DNA of 64,000 nt. Origin: Eledone cirrhosa. Taxonomy: Eukaryota. Shown here piece after piece: positions 44,002-58,450 of the stretch. The notes beneath the pieces were generated by a model. That model was not told the DNA's origin. It made no database searches and saw only the letters and a list, made by a program, of their open reading frames with translations. Numbering within the stretch: position 1 is the first letter of the stretch; the number at the start of each line of letters is the position of its first letter. Where the stretch lies: positions 80,166,001 to 80,230,000 of the forward strand of contig OZ024740.1 of NCBI GenBank assembly GCA_964016885.1, given 5' to 3'. Position numbers and translations under genes: made by a program.

Positions 44002-44149
44002 AACCAAATAAATATATATATTTTAAAAAAAATAAGACTTCAGTTGCATTTTCGATTTCATCCCTTTTTCTTTATATATATATATATATATGAATTTGTT
44101 TTGCAAGATTCTTGATCTGAAATCGTGTTGAAACCGATATCATACTTGG

Positions 44150-44500
44150 GGATGGTCATGTAAGTATTGCCAATAAAAAGAAACACACACACCAAACGAT
44201 TATCAATTTTTCACTTTAACTTTATTACTAGCTATTCGTTAGTTCGTCAAAGTTCGTTCCTCACACATTCTGTGACCTCCTTAACTGCTATCTGTTCTCG
44301 TTTGTCCCTCCTCTTTTTTCTGTTACTCCATCTTGTCTTGAAAAGAGGAGAAATAAGAGACAACAGATAGCAATTAAGGAGGTCACAGAATGTGTGACGA
44401 ACTAACGAATAGCTAGTAATAAAGATAAAGTGAAAAAGTGATATTCTTATGGAGTGTGTTTCTTTTTATTGGCAAAACTGACATGACCATCCCCAAATAT
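44150..44500. repeat. Old diverged inverted repeat in a (TA)n island
   Basis: Arms at about 44150-44300 and 44355-44500, with indels. Confidence 0.8.
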
Positions 44501-44694
44501 AACAATATATGTCAGTATGTATGTATGTATGTATGTATATGTATATATATATGTATGTATGTATATGTATATATATGTATGTATGTATATGTATATATAT
44601 GTATGTATGTATATGTATATATATATATATGTATATGTATATATATGTATGTATGTATATGTATATATATATATATGTATATTATATATATGTA

Positions 44695-44736
<42 letters not shown>

Positions 44737-44789
44737 GTATATATGTATATATATATATATATAATATATATATATACATATATACATAC

Positions 44790-44825
<36 letters not shown>

Positions 44826-44931
44826 GTATATATGTATATATATATATATATATATGTATATTATATATATGTATATTATATATATGTATATTATATATAT
44901 GTATATTATATATATGTATATTATATATATG

Positions 44932-44992
<61 letters not shown>

Positions 44993-45062
44993 TATATATA
45001 TGTATATTATATATATGTATATTATATATATGTATATTATATATATGTATATTATATATATG

Positions 45063-45113
<51 letters not shown>

Positions 45114-45683
45114 GTGAAGGCGTGTGGTTGAGTGTGTACATATACATATATATATATATGTACATATACACACATACATATATATATAAGTATATAAGTA
45201 TGTGTGTATGTATGTATGTTTATATATATATATACATATATATACGTAAGTATGTATGTATGTTTATATAATTATATATGTGTATATATATGTATATATA
45301 TATGTGTATATATACACATATATATGTATATATATATATGTGTATATATACACATATATATATATATATGTATATATGTGTATATATACATACACATATA
45401 TATATGTATATATATATGTGTGTATATATGTGTATATATACACATATATATATGTATATATATATGTGTATATATGTGTATATATACACATATATATGTA
45501 TGTATACATGTGTATATATACATATGTATATGTATATATATATGTATATATATATATTTATATATGCATATATTTAGTTCGGATCTAGCTATCGAAACGG
45601 CCGGAGCTCAGCCATCGGGATCCTGACTCTTTTCCTATATATATATATGACCCTCCCCAAGTATAACAATATATACACACACT

Positions 45684-45714
<31 letters not shown>

Positions 45715-45789
45715 TCAACTAATCCTGCTGATGGGTGTGAAATGTAATAAAAACTGAACATTTACATTTTCCTTCTATTTATTATTCTC

Positions 45790-46030
45790 GCATGTCAATA
45801 CTTGCAATATCTTGATGTTTATCCAAATATAGGAAATGTGCTGCAGTTAATCCGCAGTATTTATTATTAAGTCTTTGGGATATTTTTATGTTAGATATAG
45901 CAAAGATCAAAAACTTTGCTCTTAGCTTATTGTTACATGAATTGTACACAGGATTTGTGTTAGTTGCAGTCATTTAACAACAGGTTCTGGTAAATTCTGA
46001 AGACATTCAGATAACCAATTGGGCATTTCT
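45790..46030 (-). mobile_element. hAT transposase C-terminal dimerisation-domain remnant
   Basis: Reverse frame LTQILCTIHVTIS*EQSF*SL resembles the hAT motif LxTIPVTxxxxERSFSxL. Confidence 0.5.
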
Positions 46031-47164
46031 ATTTGGAAAGTACATTTAATGTTTGGTGGATAAGTCTATGAGTCTACAATAGGGTAGATAAACCAAACAG
46101 CTGAAATCAGTGGAATAACTTCAATTAATATAGGGGTTACATACACAATGACTTAAAAAGGCCATTACATCTTGGGTGAGAGCACAGCCAGTTAAAAGTG
46201 AGATGAGGATGGTAGGGTGTGATTTCCACTAGTTATAATGCTCATCCACAATAAAGTTGATAGTCTTCTATTCATCTTTTAAAAATCAAAATGAATATGC
46301 ATGTGATAGTAAGTGGGATATGTAAATTAGTACAAAATGTAGGGAAACAAATTTCCTGTTTTAAATATTCCTTAATTAGTCATGAAAATAGTTCTGCAGT
46401 GGGCCATAGAAAAGTAGTTTGTGGGCTGCATGCATCCGGCACTCCGTATTTGAGATTCCGGAATTAATGGGGGTTTCTTTACGTTGCAATACTGATTTTC
46501 GATATCCTCCTTCACCCTTTTTCTTGTTTCAGCCCATGGGCTGCAGCCATATTAGGGAACCACTATTGGAGAAGGTAACAATAAATTGATCCAGAAATAA
46601 TCCTCAGACAAGAGGCTCAATCCTCTTTGTTATGTTCACCATAAGATCTAGAGACATTATTATGATTATATGCTGTGTCTCATATTTGAGGTGTATTACA
46701 AACTCTCGTATCTCACACAGTCGAATAACTAATATATCTTTCTCCTAATTATGATGACCAGATAATTTCCACTATTGGGAGATTCATTGTATATTGATGT
46801 TGATTTTGATAATAAATTGCAGAGGAGAGATTTTCTGATTTTAATTAAAATCAATTCAAAGTCATTATTCCATATCTTTCAAATTACTTCGAAACTCTAG
46901 ATTAAATGGCTATCAAACGAAATAATAACCATTGCAATGTCTCTTAGAGGAAGTGTTTCCCAATAATGTGTGTTCCTATTAGCAGTTACAGTAACATGAG
47001 CCAATGAGTTAACTATTAATGTATCAGTGATGAAGTTATATACTTTTGTGGCGTCTATCAGTGATCTGCCAATGATGTATCATATATTGATATGTCTATT
47101 AGTAAAGTCTACTAGTGATGTCTACCTGTGGTATGTCTACTCATGAATTGTCTACTAATGATAT

Positions 47165-48952
47165 GTCTACCAATATAGTGTCCTTCAATGGTATTTCTAC
47201 CAATATGGTCACCCCCAATGATGTGTCTACCAAATATGGTGTCCTCCAATGATGTATCTACCAATATGGTGTCCTCCAATGATATATCTACCAATATGGT
47301 GTCCTCCAGTGATGTATCTACCAATATAGTGTCCTCCAGTGATGTATCTAGCAATATGGTGTCCTCCAATGATATGTCTACCAAATATGGTGTCCTCCAG
47401 TGATGTATCTACCAACATGGTGTCCTCCAATGATGTATCTACCAATATGGTGTCCTCTAATGATATTTCTACCAATATGGTGTCCTGTAATGATATGTCT
47501 ACCAATATGGTGTCCTCCAATGATGTGTCTACCAATATGGTGTCCTCCAATGATGTGTCTACCAATATAGTGTCCTCCAATGATGTGTCTACCAATATGG
47601 TGTCCTCCAATGATGTGTCTACCAATATGGTGTCCTCCAATGATGTGTCTACCAATATAGTGTCCTCCAATGATGTGTCTACCAATATGGTGTCCTCTAG
47701 TGATGTATCTACCAATATGGTGTCCTCCAGTGATGTATCTACCTATATGGTGTCCTCCAGTGATGTATCTACCAATATGGTGTCCTCCTATGATGTATCT
47801 ACCAATATAGTGTCCTCCAGTGATGTATCTACCAATATGGTGTCTTCCAATGATGTATCTACCTATATGGTGTCCTCCAGTGATGTATCTACCAATATGG
47901 TGTCCTCCAATGATGTGTCTACCAATATAGTGTCCTCCAATGATGTATCTACCAATATGGTGTCCTCCAATGATATATCTACCAATATGGTGTCCTCCAG
48001 TAATGTATATACCAATATAGTGTCCTCAAATGATATGTTTACCAAATATGGTGTCCTCCAGTAATGTATCTACCAATATGGTGTCCTCCAGTGATGTATC
48101 TACCAATATGGTGTCCTCCAGTGACGTATCTACCAATATGGTGTCCTCCAGTGATGTATCTACCAATATGGTGTACTCTAGTGATGTATCTACCAATATG
48201 GTGTCCTCCAGTAATGTATCTACCAATATGGTGTCCGCCAGTGACGTATCTACCAATATGGTGTCCTCCAATGATGTATCTACCAATATGGTGTCCTCCA
48301 ATGATGTATCTACCAATATGGTATCCTCCAGTGACGTATCTACCAATATGGTGTCCTCCAATGATGTATCTACCAATATAGTGTTCTCCAATGATGTATC
48401 TACCAATATGGTGTCCTCCAATGATGTATCTACCAATACGGTGTCCTCCTATGATGTGTCTACCAATATGGTGTGCTCCAATGATATATCTACCAAATAT
48501 TGTGTCCTCCAATGATGTATCTACCAATATAGTGTCCTCCAATGATATGTCTACCAAATATGGTGTCCTCCAATGATGTGTCTACCAATATGGTGTGCTC
48601 CAATGATATGTCTACCAAAGATGGTGTCCTCCAGTGATGTATCTACCAATATGGTGTCCTCCAGTGATATATCTACCAATTTGGTGTCCTCCAATGATAT
48701 GTGTATCAATATAGTGTCCTCCAATGATATGTCTACCAAATATGATGTCCTCCAATGATGTATCTACCAATATGGTGTCCTCCAATGATATATCTACCAA
48801 TATGGTGTCTTCCAGTGATGTATCTACCAATATAGTGTCCTCCAATGATATGTCTACCAAAGATGGTGTCCTCCAGTGACGTATCTACCAATATAGTGTC
48901 CTCCAGTGATGTATCTACCAATTTGGTGTCCTCCAATGATATGTCTACCAAT
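47165..48952. repeat. 30-bp minisatellite, about 60 copies
   Basis: Consensus ccaatatggtgtcctccaatgatgtatcta, with occasional +1 A units. Confidence 0.97.
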
Positions 48953-49192
48953 TAGATGTCCACCAAGAAAATGTCAACTGATGATTTACTTATGGAGCCA
49001 TATATGAAACTGCAAAACCTACAATTGTTTATTTCTTGACACCCAAAGATCCTATCAATGTCCGTTTCGCCATCAATAATTTTCTCTTATTTATGTGAGC
49101 AAAGCCCTTTTCAATTCTTTGGTCTGTCCTATTCCGCTGTGTGTGAGTGTGGAGATATGTAATATGTCGATGTATATATGCATGTGTATGAG

Positions 49193-49227
<35 letters not shown>

Positions 49228-49231
<4 letters not shown>

Positions 49232-49388
49232 ACGAAGGATATAACATAACGGACAGTCTACACACATTTATGTATAAACCATCAATAATAATAATGTCGT
49301 TATTTCGTAGGATTGATATATTATTATTATTGATGGTTTATACATAAATGTGTGTAGACTGTGCGTTATGTTATATCCTTTGTCCGTA
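49228..49388. repeat. Inverted repeat in a (TA)n island
   Basis: Arms at about 49228-49296 and 49319-49388. Confidence 0.85.
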
Positions 49389-49460
49389 TATATATATATA
49401 TATATATATAAAGAATGAATAATAACAGGTAGACATCATAAAAGGGTAATTTATTCTGTG

Positions 49461-49572
49461 TGCTTACAAATGTTTCCACGGTGGTTCTACAGCCTAGTTA
49501 TGCTATGTGCAAATTTATAACTATTTGCAAAACTCAATTATCAAATGCTGTGACTACTGTATCATCAGAGCA
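49461..49572 (-). ncRNA. Type I hammerhead with long stem II
   Basis: tgct-CTGATGA-tacagtagt...accaccgtg-GAAA-catttg-TA-agca, then AATAAA; homolog of 26546-26654. Confidence 0.72.
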
Positions 49573-49799
49573 GAATGGTAAAATGTACAATGTAAATACC
49601 CTTAAGTGAGGTTATTGGGGAAGATAGAGTAGAAAAGGAAGAGAGAAAAGAAGGGAAGAGGGAGAGAGAGAGAGATATGCAGGCGTTGGAGAAATGGGAG
49701 AGAGTGGTTTGTAGATATCTTAATCAAAATGATGTGGTAGGGGTTTTATTATACTTGTTACTCTTAAAGCGACCACCTTAAGCGATGCGTTGATAGTCA

Positions 49800-52700
49800 A
49801 GGTTGGGATTATTTATTGCCCCAGAGGGCAGATTCAAATATTTCGTAGACAGACAGCAGCATTTCAGTTTCCTTTTCCTGCCCCTCCCCAATTACCACTA
49901 TTCTTCCAAACAAATAAAACGGTAGTAGCGTTAAAATTAGCTTGAAACTCCTAACTCTAGCATCTCTATTACTATTAAGAATCTCAGTTACTGTGTGTTT
50001 TGTTGAACTGTGAGGCGGCTGGACTTCAGATTTCAAGGTTTTAGAAATTTCCTCTTGGCATGAATACACTCGACGACAGACGACCAAGCGAACTTTCTTC
50101 ATTTCAGGCATGGAAAGCTGGCACCATCTCCAATACTGATCCCACCTCCCTTCTCATGTACTCATACCTCTCACCCAGTAAACTTAATAACTTCAGGCTG
50201 CAACTGTTAATGTAGGCACAATGAGAGGAAGATCAGAAGAGATTGTAGAAATGAGAAATGTTAGAGCGAAAAACGGTGGACGTGTGTTGTGTATAAAAGA
50301 CTAGATGGAGAGGGGGATCAGCTAGACTCCTTGTTGGCAAAGAACGTCGCTACAAAATTTTCTGGGTCAGTAATGATTACAGGCTCAGCGGAGTAGGTAA
50401 AATGGGTAGATGATGTAATTGCAGTAAATAGGGTAAATGACTGACTCATTAAACTCAGAATAGTTCTAGATAGAACAACTGTAATTATTATATCAGCATA
50501 TGCACCGCATTCGCGACTACCGGACGGACGAAAAGACGACTTCTACGAATCCCTAATGCAGACTACTTCTCTAGTAAATGACAGGGAACTATTAATCATA
50601 GCAGGAGTTATTAATGGGCATGTTGGACAACACAGTAATGGTTTCTACAGGAGACACGGTGGGTATGAGTTTGATACGAGAAATGAGGAATGTTTTAGGC
50701 TCCTAGAATTCTGTGACGCTAATGAACCGATGATCTGTAACACTAACTTAAAAAAACCTGACAACGACTTGATCACCTATTGATAAGGTGAGAATACCAG
50801 CCAAATAGATTTCATCATCATCAGAAACGAAATAGAGTAATGGTAGCAAACACAAAGTCCCTCCCTGGTGAGGAATGCACCTCCCAACATAACCCAGTAG
50901 TCAGCGACTTGCTAATTGGGGCTAGGTGTATTCGAAGACATAAGGCAACCTGGCGGAGAAAGATATGGATGCCTAAGGAGCTCTCAGCTTGTAATAAATT
51001 TAGGAATATCTTCCTTGTGGCTTTTCACAATAAGGAAGAAGAAATAGCGATATATGATATAGAGGAGTAGTGGGAGTTCCTGAGAGAAAATCTACTGAGA
51101 GCCACAGATGAGGTATGTGGCTGGAGCAGAGGGCCAGGGAGTGAGAGAGTGATTTGGTTGTGGAATAGTAGGGAAGAGAAGTCAATTAAGGCTAAGAGAC
51201 AGGCATGGAAAAATGAGGGTAGCAGAGTACCTTACCAAGTAGCCAAGAGAGAGTTAAGGCGACAAATATCCTTGACAAAGAGAAAAGCGGAAAATACGAA
51301 GTTTATGCATGTCATGCTACGTGAGGATCAAATACGTGAGGTGTTCAGCATCGCGAGGCAGTGTGTCAGGGAAAATAGTAATGCTGTGAGAAGTGTGTCT
51401 GGGATGACAATGGTGAATTTGCCCTCACCGAATTTAAAAAGAAGGCAGCATGGAAGTGTCATTACGAGAGACTGATGAATGTGGTGAATGCGTGGGAGGA
51501 AGATAACCTGCCCCATGTAGACCCTACAGAGGGACCAGCGGTGCAAGACAGCAGCAGTGTAGTAAGTCAATTAAGGACATGGAAACAGGCAAAACAGCGG
51601 AGCCATCTGGTATAGTTGCTGAGATGCTGAAAGCATCTGGAATGGTAGGTTACACCATAACCACCCATATTGTAAACGAAATTATACATATTGTAAATCA
51701 AATTACACAAAATGGTGCCATACCCAATGACTAGGGTACCAGCATCATCATCGACTGCTACAAGGACAAGGTTGATGCCCTAGACGGGGAACTACCGAGG
51801 AATAAAACTGATGGACCAGGTCATGAAAGTTACAGAAATAGTATTTGTACAAATGATCAGGGAACGAATTAACCTAGGTGAGATGCATTTCGGATTCGTC
51901 CCAGGTCTAACTACCACAGATGCACTCTTCCTTGTGAGACACCTGCGGGAGAAGTACCTAGTTAAGAGCAAACCCCTCTACTTGGCATTTGTTGACCAAG
52001 AGAAAGCTTTTGACAGGGTTCACAATCTCTTACTGGTGGGAACGTAAGAAACTTGAAGTAAAATAGTGGCTGGTGAGGGCGGTACAAGCCATGTACAGAG
52101 GTGCTATCAGCAAGGTTAAAATTAATAATGATTGTAGCGAGGAGTTTAGTGTGCAAGTTGGGTCCACCAAGGCTCCGTCCTTAGCCCTGTCCTGTTCATC
52201 ATTGTCCTTCAGGATATAACAGAAGAGTTTAAAACAGGATTCCCTTGACAATTTCTGTATGCTGATGATCTAACTCATAACTGAATCCGTCAGAGCAAGA
52301 AAAAAATTCCTGACCTGGAATCGAAATGTCTTAAAATCAACTTGGCAAAGACCAAAGTTCTAGTAAGTAGTAAAGAAAACGAGGCTCCGATCCCTTCTGG
52401 AAAATAGCCCTGCACAGTGTGTAGGAAAGGGGAGTGGGTGGGTAGAAATTTAATCCTCTGTCTGAAATGAAAGTTATGGGTGCACGAACGATGTAGTGGG
52501 ATCCAAGGTAAGTTAGCTATATATGTGGCCGTTGCACAGGTGCAGTAACAAAGGTTCACAGGAAACAAGTTCTATTAAATTCTTGGAAGGTTTCGTAGAA
52601 GCAAGTGGCAGCTTCTGTTACCCGGATGATCAAATTTGCAGTGGCGGTGGGTGTCGGGATGCACAATAGTAATATACACAAACGCTAAAGCATAACTGAA

Positions 52701-53375
52701 TTAAGAGAGAAACTAGGCATAAGAGGGATTATATGCAGTGTGCAGGTGAGGAGATTGTGTTGGTATGGACATGTGATATGTATGAAGGATGACAGCTGTA
52801 TAATAAGGTGCAGGGCGCTCAAATTTGATGGTGGCTATGGAGTAGGACGACCTAGGAAGACTTGGGATGAGGTAATAAAGGCTGACTTTGCACAATTTCA
52901 CCTCTCTAAGATGGTGACAGAGGATCGAGATCTTTGGTGTTATGCAGTTATACAGAAGACCCGCCTGCCCCTATGCACTTGCTGAAGCATCCATTCAGTA
53001 TGCACCACTTTCCCCATCTACATACTAAAAACACCACCTTTCACGCACGTCCTTAGCTACACCCTCACCTAATAAGTCTTCAATTCCTAGATCTGCTTCT
53101 TCTATCCCCATGCACCCTCACCAGCCCACACTGTAAAGTGGTCGTTTTGGTGTCACAACAGAAATCATACAGCCCACACTGTAAAGGTGTCAAATAGGTG
53201 TCACGACAAAAAGTACCCAGTCCACACAGTTAATGTGGTTGGCGTTAGGAAGGGCATCCAGCCGTAGAAACCAAGCCAAAATTAGTTCAGACACGGTCAT
53301 CTGATCTGGCTTGTCTCATAACAGGACAACTCGTCTAACTCACGCTAGCACGGAAAACTGGACGTTAAATAGTGA

Positions 53376-53380
<5 letters not shown>
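49800..53380 (+). mobile_element. RTE-clade LINE, degenerate, same family as 685-4530
   Basis: Collinear APE/RT fragments (LLEFCDAN, ECTSQH, MDQVMKVTE, FVDQEKAFDRV, RRLCWYGHV, GRPRKTWDEV) and the same 3' tail; 5' boundary approximate. Confidence 0.93.
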
Positions 53381-53448
<68 letters not shown>

Positions 53449-53508
53449 TCAACGTAAAACTGTGTGTTGCTCATTACTTTGTCAGGCAATTTCTACTTGT
53501 TTAGGTCT

Positions 53509-53561
53509 GCTTCTTCTTCTTCTTCTTCTTCTTCTTCTTCTTCTTCTTCTTCTTCTTCTTC
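53509..53561. repeat. (CTT)n microsatellite
   Basis: Direct reading. Confidence 0.95.
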
Positions 53562-55329
53562 AACATCATTATAATCACTATTACTAAAACAACCATCACC
53601 TCCGCTGCCGCCACCTCAACTATCGCCAACACCGCCACTGTCGCCGCCACCTCCTTATGTGGTAGACTTAACCCATTGTGCGATTTAACATCCATACTTG
53701 ACCATTGGATGCGCTTAGCGGTTTTCGCTCTGCGATAAGCATTCAAACCAGATCTCTGGCTGGAAGACACATTCCTCCCGTCTTCCCACCAGTCTTGAAA
53801 TCCTTACAAAATGTCATGGGTACTGCCTTTCTCTTCTTGCCTAAACAGTAAAAAGATCTACCTTTTATCTAAGCTACTAAGGCTGGTTACTACTAGTCTG
53901 ACTGCTATTAGTAGCAGATTGAACAAGGCCATGGAGTGACTCACTCGTTGGCTCTTATTCGTGTTCTATACGAATGGGAAGCATCAGTATATAGATGGTT
54001 TTCTTTCTGGTAGTGAAGAAGAAACGCAACTTTATTTTATAGAAGTTTATCTAACTTTAACCAAATTAATAATATACAATATCTGTAATTATAAACACGA
54101 CACTATCTCTAGTTGCACACATGAAATGTAATTATACACAAACAAAAGCTATTACTTAAATAATGGTCTGTTAAATTGTCAGGAAAGAAAAAAAAATGGC
54201 TGATTGCCAATACATATATTCAAATATGTTTATCGTTTGAATAGTTGGTGAAGAAATTTGAGAGTGCTGTCAGTAGTACAATGTGTTACGATTTATTACT
54301 GATGTCACGGTTAAATGAGCGTAGTGTCTCAAGTATAAGCGAGTGAGTGATAAAGCCAAACGCCAAAGTATACAGACATTGAGTCGAATATAATACAGTC
54401 ATTCTGTCAGTAGACATTGGCATAGCTGAGGGGTTAAGAAGTTCGATTCTTAGGTTGATCCCACAGCGTGGAATCTTGGGCAGGCGTGTTTACCATCGCC
54501 TACGGTCGACTGTGAAATTAGGTAGACGGATTCTGAGTAGAAGCCTGTCGGAAAGTTTGTACCTGGAATTTAAAGTCCCGCTTTGTCCCGTATTGTGTCT
54601 CGTTGAATCTCTCTGAGAATTATATTACGGTTCAAGTATCTAGAATACTCAGCACCTTCGACTTTTAATTCATGAGTCGGATGTTCAGATGATTGGACTA
54701 CTCATGTTCATCTTTGAAATCGACGGAGGATCCCATAATAAGATATTGGTACTGCTACGTCACTTTCTTAAAGACAAATCTATTGAAGGGCCGCTTAGCT
54801 GGTCAACACATTTCCTCTATTGATTACCATATATGAATACTTATTCTGAGCAAACGCTGTCCCTATTTACTAAGAGAACGTTGTGACAAGCTTTAACTGT
54901 CTCTCAGTGGTGTGGATATTATTTTAACACAGCTTCAGGTCATTAAAAAAGGTGCGGGTGACATTCATTTGTCTTTCTCTCTTCTGCAGATTCTAACATG
55001 TAACTGTGGTTATTCCTCAGCAGGGCTGACAGCATTAGAGACAAACTGTTACCATAGAACAGCATTAGAGACAAACAGCATTAGAGACAAACTGTTACCA
55101 TAGAACACTATTGCTGATTACTTAATTCTATATGTGGTTATAGTAGTTGCCTCAGTTCTTAGTGGTAGTTGTGTGGACTGTGTTGTAGTTCGTCTTTGAA
55201 TAGTATCGACTATAGTAAATGGAGACTAGGCAAGACGTAGTGACTGGTATCTGCGAGTGGAGAACACAATCAAATAGTGAGAGTAAGACCAGACTATAAG
55301 GTATAGTCTAATCTCACTCTGTCAATATA

Positions 55330-55620
55330 AGAGGCACGTGGCTTAACGGTTAGAGCGTTGGGCAAACAATCGTGAAGTTGTGAGTTCGATTTTCGGACAG
55401 TGCGTTGTGTTCTTGAACAAGGAACTTTATTTTCACATTGATTCAGTTCGCTCAGCTGATAAAAAATGAGTTGCGACGTCATTGGTTTCAAGCTGTATCG
55501 GCCTTTGCCCTTCCTTTGAACACCATCAGTAGCGTAGTGAGGGAAGTTAGGTATGCATGGGCGACAGCTGGTCTTCCACAAAAACACCTTGTCCGGGCTT
55601 CGTGACCGAAGGGGAGGTTT
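55330..55620 (+). mobile_element. tRNA-derived SINE, CORE-like
   Basis: A box tggcttaacgg, B box gagttcgatt, then gttgtgttcttgaacaaggaacttta. Confidence 0.65.
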
Positions 55621-57399
55621 TACCCTGTCTTACTGTCGATAAACTTCAGCAATGCAGCTCTGTTGATTAAGAGCTAATCGACACTCACAAACCCCTTTCT
55701 TTCCGCCTGCCTGCTCATCATTCACCACGTCGTTTGTGAAAGATATTTAAACAACCTGTGTATAGTTTATACTTAACATTTAAGCATGCTATGAGCCTGT
55801 AATATTTTGCCACTCGTGTTTCCTTGTTTTTGTAACCAATCTATCACATCAATCCAGCGTCCCATAATTGTTTCGAATAAATTGACAAGAGATTCCTTAT
55901 AGGATATGAACGTCTTGTACTAATATACGAGTAGGAAAACGGCCTAGATGATTTTCCATTCGGAAATTTTGTAACAACTGACATGAGAGTTTTACTGGTT
56001 ATGTCATGTTTTAGGAGAGGGGTTTGCACAATATTCATTATGTAGTTCATTTAATCATAATTCATCACGGTTTTGTTGCTTATCTACATTCCAGATTCCC
56101 GTCCCCTTGGTGATTCTAGATCATCCAGGGATGAGGGGCGAAATTTAAAACTTCGGTATGCAGTTTGTGACTTTAAAGCAAACCTACGGGAGATAATCTT
56201 TTGTAGCAATTTCTCATGATGGTTCACCTTTTAATTTTCCGCTCGTTGTTCATATTTAAGGTAGATTAGTTTACCTGTAAGTAATTTTAGTCGGTAGTTC
56301 CTGTAGATTTTGGATGGGTTATCATAAAATTGAATGTGGTGTTTTGTGAATTTATTAGTCAATTTACATCTGATGACAGTATCCAATTTTCTGATGCGTT
56401 AATGTTTTTTAAGAAACGTAATACATTTTGGTTGTTTGTTGTTACTTCGATCGATATCTGCTACCAATATATATTAGTGAATGATTTCTCCATTATAATA
56501 CACTAGACAGTTAGGCGCATGGAAAAAACAAAGCAAACGTAACGATCGGCTTCTTTAGTTTTTGATGTACATATAAAATAGTCTTTAAGATGTCAAGATT
56601 GGAAAATGCACATGTTAGGAAAGGTATACGTTATAATATAGACGGCTGGATGGTTTTCAGCTAATACGGCGTCATTAAGTAGTTGGCTTCACAACCACGA
56701 GATCTCGTGTTCGATTCCATTACTTGGAATTTTACGCAAGTATATTTTACCATTGCCCCGAGTCGACTCAAGCCTTGTAAAAGAAACTGGGTATACGGAA
56801 AGTGTCTGGAAGCTTGTCGGATGGATTTTACATGTGGGGGGAAAGTTCCAATCTTGTCACCTCTTATGTCACACTGATTCTACCAGCAACGTACGTATAT
56901 GTTTAAGGAATTCTCAGCTACATATATGCTAATTCAACGAGGAGCTCGCCCAATTCATCGAATAACTGGATAATCATAATCGAAACCGATGGAGGCCTAT
57001 TTACTATACAATATGACAATAAAGTGTCTAAGCATTCCGCTTGACCAATTCATTTACAAAGAAATGTATGCATCAGAAACTGGTCATTTCTGTCATGATG
57101 TAATATGGCCCATCGTAGCGGAAAAACACTTTAGAGAATAACAGTGAAGTGGGTGATACAGTTTATTGACCGGAACATCTTCAGTACTACACATCTACTG
57201 AAAGACAGTGTTGCAAGGATTCAAGAAAGTCTCTTAAACATGCCTAAATAATCTAAAACTAAATTCAGTCTGATAGAATAAAATATAACGGAACAGTTTA
57301 TTATTTGTTAGATCTGGAAGAAGGGAGAGTGATTAGCTCACTTCCTTTAAATGTGCGTTTACATACAGCTGACTTACTCTAACTTATGTATAGTCTTTA

Positions 57400-58310
57400 T
57401 TTTTCTTGTTCTAGACGTGGAAAAGGCGTAGTCACCCTTTGTTAGACACATCTTTCCGCAAGCTTGTCTCTATTATTGAGCTGCAGTCATGGAAGACCCT
57501 ATCTGGGTACCTTGCTTCTGGATTTTCTTCAGGCGCTCTACCAGTTGGGAAATGCGGGCGATGGAATTTCCACATTAGCTTTCTATAGAGGATTAGTGGG
57601 GTGGGGGTAAGAGTGACGACGTTATCGGGGAAACTATAAACGTCGACAAGAATCAACTGAATAAATTTCAATTCGAAGACTATTGATAATTGCCATAAAG
57701 AGATACGTACAGAACGATGAAACCGTCCTGCTCGCACACGTCTTGTATCCCTGTATTGCCGACTTGTGGAGTTTTGTCGAAAAGGTGCTATCATGTGTAT
57801 GACGGATCTGGCAGTCAGCCAACTCCCTTCTAAATATTATCTCGCTGTCTTCTTTTGGGGAAGAAGGGTAAGCAGCTTTCCTCTGTCTAGTGGTTATGGT
57901 GAAAGAAAGGTAGTGGACAAGGTTGAAAGAAGTGAAAACAGACAAATCGTCATCGGCTTTTTAAGACGGAGAAGTGAAGTGCTGCTTACCAGTATAATTG
58001 TTAAAAGATGAGTGAATGCAACGAGAATGACCTCAGTGAATGGAGCTACTCTATGCCTGCAGCTGTAGGATGGAGATACTGAAGGATCAAGTGACACTTG
58101 CATGTGGTGCCCTTGGTGGTTGGGATGATCTCGGATCTATGGCAGTTCCCTGATTGCTCTAGGGTAGGGCTTTTCTCTTATTGAGAACATTCTTTTGTAA
58201 TATATTATTACATCTATTATGTTTGTGGACTTCGATCCCTTTTACTCGATGTAATTCGCCCTCGTATTGTCTCCAACGTTTCGGGCTTATGGGCAATAAA
58301 GCATCACCGC
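57400..58310 (+). mobile_element. Older degenerate Tx1-clade 3' fragment
   Basis: DNA similarity to the reverse complement of 62700-63450 (e.g. ttctatagaggattagtgg, gacgacgtt); ends with AATAAA near 58295. Confidence 0.75.
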
Positions 58311-58400
58311 CACCACAATTTGAACTTAGAATATAAAGGGCCGTAACTCTATGCCGCTAAGCTTGTTGTCCGACGCTCTACCGATACTGCCAATCCACCA

Positions 58401-58449
<49 letters not shown>

Positions 58450-58450
<1 letters not shown>

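Noticed and set aside
45720-45775. CTGCTGA...GAAA tgtaa/ttaca
   Set aside because: A6 is mutated and stems I and II do not pair.
47165-48952. CRISPR-like or coding repeat
   Set aside because: Units are contiguous with no unique spacers, there are no cas genes, and frameshifts recur.
48972-49041. CTGATGA...GAAA with a possible tgtcaa/ttgaca stem I
   Set aside because: Stem III and the base of stem II do not pair.
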